Source of the DNA: Eledone cirrhosa
Taxonomy: Eukaryota
Assembly: GCA_964016885.1 (NCBI GenBank)
Contig: OZ024740.1
Span: 175,584,001 to 175,648,000 of the forward strand
DNA: 64,000 nt
Direction: 5' to 3'
Shown here: in pieces, positions 52,675 to 64,000 of the stretch
Numbering within the stretch: the stretch's first letter is position 1
How the letters are laid out: each line of letters begins with the position of its first letter
The notes under the pieces: model-generated
Told to the model about the DNA's origin: nothing
Databases searched by the model: none
The model's input: only the letters and a program-made list of their open reading frames with translations
Translations under genes and position numbers: made by a program

Positions 52675-55600
52675 AAGCTACAGTCACATTTCGGTCAAAC
52701 GCCACCGGCTCCGAACGCCCCAGACCCGTTTCTCGCCCTGGGCCGACGACCATCTTCTTGGACGCCGGCCCCAGGGCAATTTAGCACCCTGGACGCGTTC
52801 GTCGATGCCAGCCGTAGCGCCGTAAATCGTTTCGACTTCCGCCACCGTTCCAAACGGAATAATATCACACGGGGCGAACTCCTCGCTCTCCGCTCCCTCC
52901 GTATCCGAGATGACATCGTCATCAAACCGGCGGACAAGGGAGGCGCCGAGGTGGTGTGGCGCGCGGAACTCTACACGGCCGAAGCCCTCAGGCAGCTGTG
53001 TAACGCCCTCTTCTACCACCCTCTACCCTCCGATCCCACACCCCTCTACCAACAACAAGTTTCCTCCACCATCCAACACCTTGTCTCCTCCCCCTCCTCC
53101 CCCTACCTCTTCCCACCTCATCGTCCGCACCCCTCGCACCCCCACCATCTACTTCCTCCCCAAACTCCACAGACCCGACAACCCCGGCCGCCCCATCGTC
53201 TCCGCTTGCAACTGCCCCACCGAACTCATTTCCGCCTCGCCCCCCTTGTCACAACCCTCCCCTCCCACATCTCAGATACCAACCACGCCCTGCGCCTTTT
53301 AGACTCCTTCAGCTACCCACCCGGCCCACAGCCCTTCCTCTTCACCCTAGACATCAAGTCCCTCTATACCGTCATCCCCCACGCCGACGGCCTACGTGCC
53401 ACGTGCCCTCAAGCACTACCTCGACCTTCGCCCCTCCACCATACCCTCCACCATACCCTCCACCCCCACCCTCCTTCGCCTCGCCGAGCTGGTCCTCACC
53501 CTCAACTGTTTCTCCTTCTCGGGTGAGTTTTACCAACAGGTCACGGGGGTAGCCATGGGTACAAGAATGGGCCCAAACTATGCCAACCTTTCTGTTGGCC
53601 ATGTTGAGGCCCAAATCTTCGCCCAGAACACCGGCCCCACGCCCGAACTGTACGGTCATTACATCGACGACTGTATCGGAGCCACGACCCTCACCCGAGA
53701 ACAGCTCGACTCCTTTCTCTCCTTCTTCGGCTCCTTCCACCCCTCCCTCCACTTCACCACCTCTATCTCCACCACCCACGTCCACTTCTTAGACATCTCC
53801 GTCTCCTTCGACCCCTCCCACCACTCCCTCGTCACCTCCGCCTTCTTCAAACCCACCAACTCCCACTCCTACCTCGACTTCACCTCTTCCCACCCCACAC
53901 ACACTAAACACTCTATTCCCTACTCCCAACTCCTCAGGATCCGCCGCCTCTGTAACTGAGATGCTGACTTTGAGTCCCAGGCCCTTTCCCTAGTCAGCCA
54001 TTTCATCCGCAGAGGTTACCCCCCTCTCTCGTCCACACCGCTCTCACTCGCGCCCGTGCTGTCCACCGCTCCACCACCCTCACCCCACGCCACCGCACAC
54101 CCACCCACCGTCTCCCCTTCCCCATCACCTACCACCCCTCCACCATACCCCTTCACCGCACCATCCTCCGCCTCTTCCTCCGCCTCCAGTCCGACCCCTC
54201 CACCTCCCACATCTACCCAGCCCCACTACTCCCCTCCTTCAAACGCGCACGCAATCTCCGCACCCTCCTCGTCCACAGCTCCCTTCCCTCCAACCCACGC
54301 TCTCTTCCCCCCGGTTCCCTTCCCTCTTCCAGGCCCCGCTGCAACACCTGACCCCACATCACCAACACCACCACTTTCCAGGGTCCCAACGGCCACTCTC
54401 TCTCTATCCGGCATGCCTTCCGCTGCACCTCCTCCAGCCTAGTCTACAGACTTCGCTGCACGGACTGCAGCGCGACCTACGTCGGACAGACTGGACGTCG
54501 CCTGGCGGACAGGTTTACTGAACACCTCCGATATATTCGTCTCGGTGGTAGTTCCCCCATCGCCTGCCACTTTAGTGCCCCTGGACATTCCGCACACTAC
54601 CTCACAGTCTGTGACCTACTCCAATGCCACGGAACACCCGCCACTCTTCTCAGGGTCGAACAACGAACCATCTTCACCCTACAGACCCACACTCCCCCCG
54701 GCCTGAACTCCCCACCCTTATTCCTTTAGCCTTCGACCTCCCCCCACCTATCCCCCACTAACACCACTAACACACCCCTCCCTTTCACCGCCCACCCCAC
54801 AACTAACAATACTAACACCTCCACCCCACACCCCACCATCCATCCTCAACTAACATACTAACATCCCTCCCTTCTTCTCCCCCCTCCTTATCACACGCAC
54901 ACATCCACCGGTACATATATACACGCGCTCACACTAAACACACACCCTACTACCACCACTAACCTTCACCCCCCACATATCCACCCCACCACCCCGCAAC
55001 TAACATCACTAACACCCCCTGACCCCAAGCACACGAACACACACACCCACTTACACCACCCACTCTACACGCAACTAACATCACTAACAACCCCAACATT
55101 ACGCACACGAACACACTCACCCTCTTACACCACCCACTCTACATACCCTACCACCACTGACCCCCACTCACACCCACATTCAACCCCTTCCCCACCTCCA
55201 GTACACTAACACCCACTAACACCCCATTCACCACACACACACTCATCCAAACACGCACACACACACCAGTACACTACACTCCCTCCACCGGCCCCCACAC
55301 CCTTCTCTCCCGGCTCCACCCCCACCCTTTCTCACACACACACATCCCACTAACACCTCTACTAATACACCCCCTCCCCACTCCAACTTTCACACCTACC
55401 CATCCTCTCCCCTGTCCACCGCACCTCCGCACACACTGACACACCGACTTTCTTCACTTACCATTCTACCCGACTGCTGCTATGCCCTTATCTCTGACCA
55501 CCTCCCCGCACACACAGACACACAACCCTCCTCCTGCCTTGACCCTCTGACCACTTCCTGTTGCGCGCGCACCCAACATCTCCCTTCTTCCGACCAATCT

Positions 55601-56334
55601 CTTCACGGATTACACATATGTGAACATCGATCACTAGAATCCACCACATCCCAAGGATATTACTCAGCATTCGACCACATCCTCTACGGAACTACCTTAA
55701 GGACTCACCCACTGACATACACTAAAAAAAAAAATTTTCCCCACACGCCACCTCCATCCACAACACGCATAAACACCACACACACACGTGCGTACCACCA
55801 CATATTTACACACTCAGCCTCCGGAATCCTCTCCCCCACCCCTCGGCACCCTCACCATCAACACACGCACACCCACTCCGACCTACACCCCACCCCACAC
55901 ACACCTCTTCCTGAACATGCAACCCCGTTCTTCCCCCAACTCTTACTTTCACATACACGTACACCTACTCACACACACCACCTTCAGCCCTCCCCGCTTG
56001 GACACCCCGCCTCCCTCTCCCCACTCCACCCGCCACCACCCCTAGACGCCCCACACCCTTCCACCACCTGTTTTACTTCATGTGTATTTTTATTTTTATT
56101 TTTATCATGCTTTTATATTTAATTTCATTTGTACCGTTTCCTCTCACCTCTTTTTTCTATATGTCTTTCCACCACTACCCTACACACCCTTGGAACTCTC
56201 TTCCCACACAGTTTTCACCTGAAGAAGGGCTTATGCCCGAAACGTCGTTCCCCACCACCACCCCACTCTCAAGAGCGTGAAACTAATAAACCTTTGTTCG
56301 TACTGCCTCTCTGTTTTGTTCCCGTTCAATTTTT

Positions 56335-56336
<2 letters not shown>
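52675..56336 (+). mobile_element. C-rich Neptune-like Penelope element, 5'-truncated and frameshifted
   Basis: IKPADKGG, FLPKLHRPDNPGRPIVS, FTLDIKSLYT, GVAMGTRMGPNYANL, YIDDC, LVYRLRCTDCSATYVGQTGRRLADRFTEH; coding ends at 54729; long C-rich tail; (TA)n on both sides. Confidence 0.92.
56216..56249 (+). ncRNA. Minimal type I hammerhead in the Neptune 3' tail
   Basis: cac CTGAAGA a gggc ttat gccc GAAA cg TC gtt; stem I weak; AATAAA ~35 nt downstream. Confidence 0.75.
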
Positions 56337-56389
<53 letters not shown>

Positions 56390-56392
<3 letters not shown>

Positions 56393-56622
56393 GGAAAAAA
56401 TGAAACGAAATTTCATTTCTCACCGAAAACGCACCGAAAACACACCGAGCATTATAATAAATGTTCGGTAAATCCATACGTACATATATGTGTGCATGTA
56501 TGTATATATATATACATACTACTGTACGTCTATATACATATATGTATGTACGTATACATACTTATATTTAAATAACAGCCGTACTAAGAGTGAGAAATGA
56601 AATTTCGTTTCATTTTTCCGTA
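56390..56622 (+). mobile_element. Family A-related 3' fragment with inverted terminus
   Basis: acggaaaaaatgaaacgaaatttcatttctcac inverts gtgagaaatgaaatttcgttttcatttttccgt; between (TA)n arrays. Confidence 0.75.
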
Positions 56623-56845
56623 TATATATATATATATATAGTCTACGACTTCTTTATACCATAAACGTGGGTCTGTCTTTGCGTGTAATTGTTTTTCACC
56701 GCTCCTATTAATGGCGTATTATATTCGTTTTTTCCCGTTCTTTGCCAGGGAACGTTTCCACGAACCAAAGTATCGTCTTCCTGTCTTACTCCGGTTGCAA
56801 CGTTTTTTGAAGTATCCACTTCTGCGTTTACAGATTGACTTTGTT

Positions 56846-56896
56846 AGTTTCAAAAGATCCCGTTAAGGGTGAAAGCAGCGATTCTTTGCTTAAACT
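56846..56896 (+). ncRNA. Family F hammerhead-like motif with a further-mutated core (CAAAAGA)
   Basis: agttt CAAAAGA tccc gttaa gggt GAAA gcag cgattct ttgc TT aaact. Confidence 0.55.
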
Positions 56897-57146
56897 TTAA
56901 TCTGTTATTTTAATAAATATTTGCTCTACGGTTCTTATATATTTGATATATATTTATCCTTATCGAATCCTCTTTGGATTTTAGTCTTCAAATTTATTAT
57001 TATTACTATATATATATATATTTATTAAAATAACAGCTTTTAAGCAAAGAATCGCTGCTTTCACCCTTAACGGGACCTTCTTTTCGAGCCCTCTTTGGAT
57101 TTTAGTCTTCAAATTTATTATTATTACTATATATATATATATATAT

Positions 57147-57686
57147 ACGGGAAAAAATGAAACGAAATTTCATTTCTTACTCTTAGTACGGCTGTTACTT
57201 AAATATAAGTATGTATACATACATACATATATGTATACAGACGTACAGTAGTATGTATATATATACATACATGCACACATATATATATATGTACGTATGG
57301 ATTTACAGAACAATTATTATAATGCTCGGTGTGTTTGTAAACAAACTTCCCGAAATAAGCCGTACAGTGTTTAGCAACCATCGTTGCCCTTTTGTTCAAC
57401 ACTGACAAAGGAAGGATGTACTAGTTTCAAGCTTATTAGCTATCGTCAGCACCGTATACCTTCCTGCCAGATGGTTGAACGTCTGAAAGTATATACGTTC
57501 CTTATGCATATTAACGGCTGAGCAGTCTAATTTGCATATCGAGTGAGTTAATCGGCCGGGCGCACCGAAAACACACCGAGCATTATAATAAATGTTCGGT
57601 AAATCGATACGTACATATATATATGTGTACATGTATGTATATATATACATACTACTGTACGTCTGTATACATATATGAATGTACGT

Positions 57687-57690
<4 letters not shown>
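57147..57690 (-). mobile_element. Diverged family A unit (HHR at 57413-57455) followed by an inverted piece
   Basis: Minus strand acggtg CTGACGA tagctaataagctt GAAA ctag TA catcc; same 5' border gttttcggt as the other copies. Confidence 0.75.
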
Positions 57691-57779
<89 letters not shown>

Positions 57780-58640
57780 TATGGTGATTGCTTAATCTAT
57801 GTAGATCATTGCCATCTCCATATGCACTCCCATCAACCATCACCAACTCCAAACGCCCGTTCATGGCCCCTTATGTGGCTTTTAAGTCCAGCATTAGATT
57901 TGCATGGTCTGCAGCAAATGTGACAGACAAAAGATATGCCCTCTATTGGATTGTTTGGGTCAGTTTGTGGGATGTCATCCTCATGTTGTCTCACCTAGCA
58001 TTGGAGGGATAGAGTTGCATACAATTGGCTTCATATGTGATTTTAAATGAGTGATGTACCCGGATTTAGAGAGCAGTAAACGACCCAGACTTCACAAATC
58101 CAGCTCCCTATGTTCCTATTGAAGTTCATACTGTGGCCTTTTCGAATCTGATATTTAAGTTTTCGATGATCAAGAAGCCTCTCTTCAAACATTCAGCAGC
58201 CTTCCTTCACATGTCTTCTCCATTTACTCCTCTTTAAAGCAAGCACTTCCCAATTCTGTACCAAACTGTAGATCTTTAAGGTTGTTTTTTATTCAATCCT
58301 TATATCGTTGTGCTGAGGGCGTTTCGCAGTGTGCAATTGACTGCATAATAGCTGTTTTGAGAGTCTTTCCTCATTCATGCGCACAACATCTGAGAGAATA
58401 TGATGGTAGATTCAATGCTCGTGCAACCAGCATCTATAAGGATTTGTGTGTCAGGTATCTTTTGTTGCCGTTTGAAATACTTTTGATTAAAGTGTTCAAG
58501 TAAATTAAGGTCTCTACGATGTACTGTCCACGTTTTCGAAGAGTACAACAGATCACTCAGAATGCAGGCCTTATTCACACTAATCTTAGTCTTGATATTG
58601 TTAAAACTCACAGTAGTCAAAAACGGATCTTCAGCAAGGG
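57780..58640 (-). pseudogene. RTE-like LINE C-terminal remnant
   Basis: KISVNKACILSDLLYSSKTWT...LEHFNQKY; related RT pieces at ~59170-59460 and ~45560-45660. Confidence 0.7.
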
Positions 58641-59013
58641 AGAAGATTTAACTATTTGTATTTACACATCAAATGCAAATCTGCGAGTGACCCGTCGCCC
58701 GCGTTGCATTTTTAAAACTACTCACAGCGTACCAGCATTTTTAAAACAACACACATCGTACCTTGCTGAAGATCCGGATTTGACTACTGTGAGTTTACGG
58801 ATTAATGGTGAAATATATTTCTTTAATGAAATATATACAAGGAAGATTAATCATTTTAAAAGGTATCTATATTTGAAGTTCTAGTTAAACATTAATTAGT
58901 TACCTACCTAGCTGTGTGTGCTTACACACTTTACAAATTATCCCCTGTGATTGTTTCATGTGTTTATTTTATATATATATATATGTCAATCAATTTCTAG
59001 TTGATATATATAC

Positions 59014-59106
<93 letters not shown>

Positions 59107-59700
59107 AATACATATATAGTGGAAGCCAATTCATTACCGAATATGACGGCTTAGAAAAGTCGACAAAAATTTGTTATTGCTGTTGCTGTCATTGATGTCA
59201 CCTTAAATTACTCATCAAACCAGGAGGTGATTTACACGTCAAACCACATATTGTGCACATAAGTTGCCCTCCTAATTGAGTTTGATTGGCGTGGCATGCT
59301 TTGCAGTGCCGTGTTAGCACCTAGTGGATGTTGGTACATCACCAGCCACTTTTTCAGGCTGATTGTCAGCCCAAACTGATCACACGCTGCCGAGAATCAG
59401 TCCATCAGAAGCTTAAGGTCTTCTTCCGTATGGATAAGAAAATCACAGTCGTCAGTGTAATATTCGTTCACTAAATAAAATTTGAAAAAGCATTATGTAT
59501 CTTTTTCTGTTTCTATGGATACTTTACTCAACTTTCTAAACTAATATTTATAGTGATCACCTACTTAAGGTCTTTTGCGTTGGTACGCACACAATTAACA
59601 TTTTAAATATTCTCAATGCCTCTAAAGCCAACAACTTTAGTTATATTAGTGATTGGGATGAGTGGAGGTCATTGGCTGATGGAATACATATACATATATA

Positions 59701-60537
59701 TTACATTCATTTGATTTATTGATTTATTGATTTTTTATCTGAGTGTCCCGAATCTTCCAGATCGCAACTTTTCAATCGTACGGTTGATTATGGACTTGTT
59801 CTATGTGTGACGGTATTTTAGCGATAGTTATAGCTCTGATTTATCTAAATTATGGAGCCCTCTGCCGCTCATATCGAATTTTGTTTATCGTGAACTCGTG
59901 CGCCGATTTTTCGATACTCGATTATTCTACTATATTTAGCTCTAGACCTAGCTATTGACCAGTTAATTTTATTGTTCATTTTTTGTCGATTCTATTAAAT
60001 GATGAATAGCTCCTGTTTATTTTAACATGTCTATTGAGCACTCTTATTCGATATGTGTATTTCCACATTTTCCCGAATATTTTTCGCGGATATAGAGGTT
60101 ATCTCCCTTGCCGAATTCCATGTGCGTATTTAGCTTGGGTTATGCCTTTTCATTCGTTTGGACAAAGCTCGTTGAAGAAATAAATTTCCTGTCCACTGGT
60201 ACCTAGAAGTCTTATATATTTTTATGTGAGCTGATAGAGAACAGTTTAAGGATTTACAGAAACCCAAGAAGCTAGATTTAACATCTTTCTAGCGGGTCCG
60301 GGTATGCTTTTTACATTCATTTGATTTATTGATTTATTGATTTTTTATCTGAGTGTCCCGAATCTTCCAGATCGCAACTTTTCGATCGTACGGTTGATTA
60401 TGGACTTGTTCTATGTGTGACGGTATTTTAACGATAGTTATAGCTCTGATTTATCTAAATTATGGAGCCCTCTGCCGCTCATATCGAATTTTGTTTATCG
60501 TGAACTCGTGCGCCGATTTTTCGATACTCGATTATTC

Positions 60538-60545
<8 letters not shown>
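59701..60545 (+). mobile_element. Partial tandem (610-bp period, ~234-bp direct repeats), probable PLE-tail module
   Basis: 59701-59934 matches 60311-60544 with few mismatches; ends in (TA)n; HHR-like motif at 60167-60303. Confidence 0.7.
60167..60303 (+). ncRNA. Hammerhead-like motif with long stem II and stem III inserts
   Basis: gctcg TTGAAGA a ataaattt ... ggatttac a GAAA ccc aagaa gctaga..tctagc ggg TC cgggt; C3 position is T. Confidence 0.5.
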
Positions 60546-60583
<38 letters not shown>

Positions 60584-60584
60584 G

Positions 60585-60635
60585 AGTTTCAGAAGATGCC
60601 GTTAAGAGTGAAAGCAGCGATTCTTTGCTTAAACT
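60585..60635 (+). ncRNA. Family F hammerhead-like motif (CAGAAGA core)
   Basis: agttt CAGAAGA tgcc gttaa gagt GAAA gcag cgattct ttgc TT aaact; ~77-bp module between two (TA)n arrays. Confidence 0.55.
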
Positions 60636-60651
60636 TTAATCTGTTATTTTA

Positions 60652-60725
<74 letters not shown>

Positions 60726-61020
60726 ACCACACCACAGACATGTTAAATCACTATATATAGAACAACACACCACATACACATCAGTTTGACAAGCGCACCT
60801 CAGCGTGAAAGGTCTTTCTAAAAACGAAACAATACTTCCTACGTTAACCAAGAACTCCTAAGACCTAACCAACAACCAACAACTTAATTTATAAAAAACA
60901 TTTTTTTTTTAAGAAAATTTTTTCTAATCCGGAAAAAAATTATTTTTGGATTTTGTGAAGAAAATAAATTTGTTGAAAGCACAAGTGAAGCCATTTTTTT
61001 CTTCCCCTGTCTTAATATAC

Positions 61021-61064
<44 letters not shown>

Positions 61065-61481
61065 ATGTGTATATATCTGTATATGTATATATATGTATAT
61101 GTATATATATATATGTGTGTGTGCTTATATATGTGTACATATATATATATATATTGTGTGTATATATATATATATGTATGTATTCGTGTATATATATAAG
61201 TATATGAGTGTGTGTTTGTGTGTGTGTGGGAGTGAAGGCATATGTGTGTGTGAGTGTGTTTGTAGGCATCTGACCATTAGCCATTGTTAGCTTAAGTGAA
61301 CCTTAAAAACAAGGAGTGTGAACCTGTATATAGAATTTTTTCTACCTTTGGTACTCTAAATATAGTTTTTAAAGAGTTCCCTTTTCTTGAAACCCATCAT
61401 CCAATGACTCCACCCATCCCAATCACCACACCTTCCCACCACCAGAAAATATATAAATACCACCACATTACTTGGACAGTC

Positions 61482-61532
61482 GGCTTCCCGATGATTTCTC
61501 CCGAATGAAACAGTTCTAGTCCTGTAGAAGCC
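61482..61532 (+). ncRNA. Type I hammerhead (family J, CCGATGA core)
   Basis: ggcttc CCGATGA tttc tccc gaat GAAA cag ttctagtc ctg TA gaagcc; stem I covaries with the 49157 copy (gattc/gaatc). Confidence 0.8.
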
Positions 61533-61649
61533 ATTTCTAAATTAAATATTTATACTCTGCTTTGTATTGAGTAACTTACTTACTGTGGTTACTCCCGATT
61601 GAACCCGGGATAAACTTATATATATATATATATATATATAAGTTTATCC

Positions 61650-62885
61650 GGAGCCACCCAACGGAACCAGCACGCGGGACACACCAGACCCCGGACAGGC
61701 CCATCTATCACACTGGAACCCAACGACCCTGTGCTGATTGCGGTGGCTACTCAGCCAACTCCAAGTGATGGTAACCACGCGGTACATGTGCTGGGGCTTA
61801 AGAAGTCATGCAATTGCAGAGACCCATCACTATGCCCCCTTAGTAATGAATGCATGACGAAAAACGTAATCTACAGGTGCAAGGTCACAACCCCTAACTC
61901 GGAGCACCACTACATAGGATCCACGGCGACGAGCTTCAAAGATAGGTGGTATAACAATCGCCATTCCTTTAACAGAATATTCCTTTCTGAATTGTTCTGG
62001 AAGCTCAAACTTGAAAAGACCCCGCACTCTCTAGTCTGGTCTGTGGTTAGAAAGGTTCCCTCAGACAGAGGTGGGTCTGGTATATGCAACCTCTGTCTTA
62101 GGGAGACACTTGAGATACTTCATGGCGGAACCAAGCTATTAAACAGAGGGGCGGACTTATTCGGCGCCTGCAGACACCTAAGAACGGGAACTTTCCTCAA
62201 GCTATATGGATAAACCCCGGTTCTGCTCCCTCCTCCCCTTGTAGGTCCCCTACACCCCGTACCAATGACCAATGGACTACAACCACCCATAGTTTGTGGT
62301 CCCTACGGTGGATTGTCCACCGGATCCTCTTCTGGTTAGGAGGCAACAAAACCTCGTTTATTGAACCTGAGGACCCCCCCCCCCCGGGAGTGGCCCACAC
62401 AGGAAGAACATTCATACCAAGGTACTAACCCTATACACATGAATGAATGCCCGCAACCGTACAAAGTCCTCAATTTAAGATTGACTTGTAGTATCGAATT
62501 TCATACTATAAACCCCAATTGAATATATATCTGACCAGGAATACTTTTTGTGAAAATTAGTCATATGGAACTATTGTCATCTTGCCTGATGGTTTAAACT
62601 TTACAACACCACCTGCCTCTTTGAGGTCAAATACCAACCCTACTAGCATCTACAAACTGACCAATGAGAATTAAGATTATTCCTGCTGACAACATTAAAT
62701 TATTCCTAACAAGCTCATATGTCCCAAGGCTCTGATACAATCAACACCATAAACACAGAGCTGGCATATCTAAGAACTAACTAACTGCCTGATGAGGTCA
62801 TAGCCATTCAATGGCTATCATCGAAATATATATAGCAGTAAATAAAGGATTATGAGTTCATGCAATTGACTTGTTTCGTCACTAT
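61650..62885 (+). mobile_element. 5'-truncated Naiad-type PLE (GIY-YIG remnant ~61800-62213) plus 3' tail
   Basis: SCNCRDPSLCPLSNECMTKNVIYRCKV..HYIGST..FKDRW..CNLCLRE; tail carries an HHR and ends in (TA)n. Confidence 0.85.
62784..62839 (+). ncRNA. Type I hammerhead ribozyme (family B, intact)
   Basis: actgc CTGATGA ggt C atagccat tca atggctat C atc GAAA tatata TA gcagt, followed by AATAAA. Confidence 0.9.
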
Positions 62886-64000
62886 ATATATATATATATA
62901 TATATATGATTGAGCTCTGTTGTTACAATTAAGTATAATGAAAAATTAGAAATTAGAAGTTAGGATTATCCATCATCAGTTGTCTACTAGGCATCATAAG
63001 CATTTCTTCACGTTAGAGACAAGATACCTCAGCCTAGGGCGAAACAATAACTAAACTAAGTTATTGGGATAAAAAGAAGAGGGTGGAAAAAGAGAAAGAC
63101 ATGTAAACAAACACGATAGGTGAAGCAGCGTAAAGAGAGGAAAAAAGGAAAAAATCAAGTCAATAATTCATTTTGAACATAAGAACGGGGGAATTTTGAC
63201 GAGAAGAAAAAGACAACGTCTTGACCGTACGAGTGTGAGCGAGAAGAAAGACTGCGTATAGTGTTGGACGATGGAGGAAGTGAGAGAGAGGGTGAGTAGC
63301 AGATAGTGAGTGAGTGAAAGTGCGAGGAAGAGGCTAGACGAGAGAGGGTGACTAGCAGAGGGGGTGAGTGAAAGTAAGAGGGAGAAGGAGAGAGAGAAGG
63401 GGGGGGGGATATATATATATATAATTTCCCCCGCTGTGACCCGTCGATTTCGTTCATACTGCTTCCTCTTTCTCTGTATCTTTACCCTCTCTAACAGTCA
63501 CTCTCTCTGTTAGCCTCTTCATCACCCTTCACCCACTCACTCTCTGGTACTACCTCTCCTACTTCCTTCCGTTTGACCTGTGCGTAATTCTTTTCTCTCG
63601 CACACTTGGCCAGGCTGGTTCCCCTTTTCTCTCTCTCGTTTACGATTTCACAGTACTTATGTTCACCGAATTCACAGACTGGACTCCTTCTTCCTCCCGT
63701 TTGACCTGTGCGGAATTCCTTCCTTGCTCACATTTCGACTAGGTTTGATGGTTTGTATTCTCTCTCGTTCACGATTTCACCGAACTTATATTCATGGAAA
63801 TCTGGGACTTGACTCTTTCTTCCTCACTTTTCATTGCTTTACCATCTTTGTTTTTTTACACTCTCGCTCGTTCCCCTTATTTACGTGTCCCAACGACTTT
63901 CTTTAGCCGTTGCTCGCACCAACCGGAGGTATATGATCTTTAAAGCGATGAAATAACAATGATGGTTGGAAGATCACTGATGAAGGACTAACTTTATTCA

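Noticed and set aside
58763-58822. CTGAAGA..GAAA hammerhead candidate
   Set aside because: Stem II does not abut GAAA and stem I does not close
63974-64000. CTGATGA as the start of a hammerhead
   Set aside because: Window ends before GAAA or stem I closure can be checked

Overview
AT-rich, microsatellite-saturated, repeat-dominated animal DNA with no recognisable host gene. It is most likely intronic or intergenic sequence of a cephalopod such as Octopus; this is an inference from the SINE type, (TA)n density and Penelope load. Nearly all ORF-track entries are microsatellite artefacts. The real coding remnants are seven Penelope-like retroelement (PLE) pieces (including a Naiad-type RT + GIY-YIG ORF broken by one frameshift and a C-rich Neptune-type copy), a hAT transposon with matching 8-bp TSDs, and several RTE LINE fragments. 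There are also many tRNA-derived SINEs. The main unannotated signal, found by reading and folding by eye, is about 24 type I hammerhead ribozyme (HHR) motifs in about 14 sequence families. They lie in PLE 3' tails or short non-coding modules whose 3' ends abut (TA)n arrays. They include recurrent non-canonical architectures (a C.C mismatch in stem II, 60-90 nt stem II inserts, CAGAAGA/CCGANGA cores, U.U at the base of stem II), palindromic modules with an HHR on each strand, and a ~474-nt retrozyme-like unit. Folds and boundaries are manual; nothing was computed or searched.
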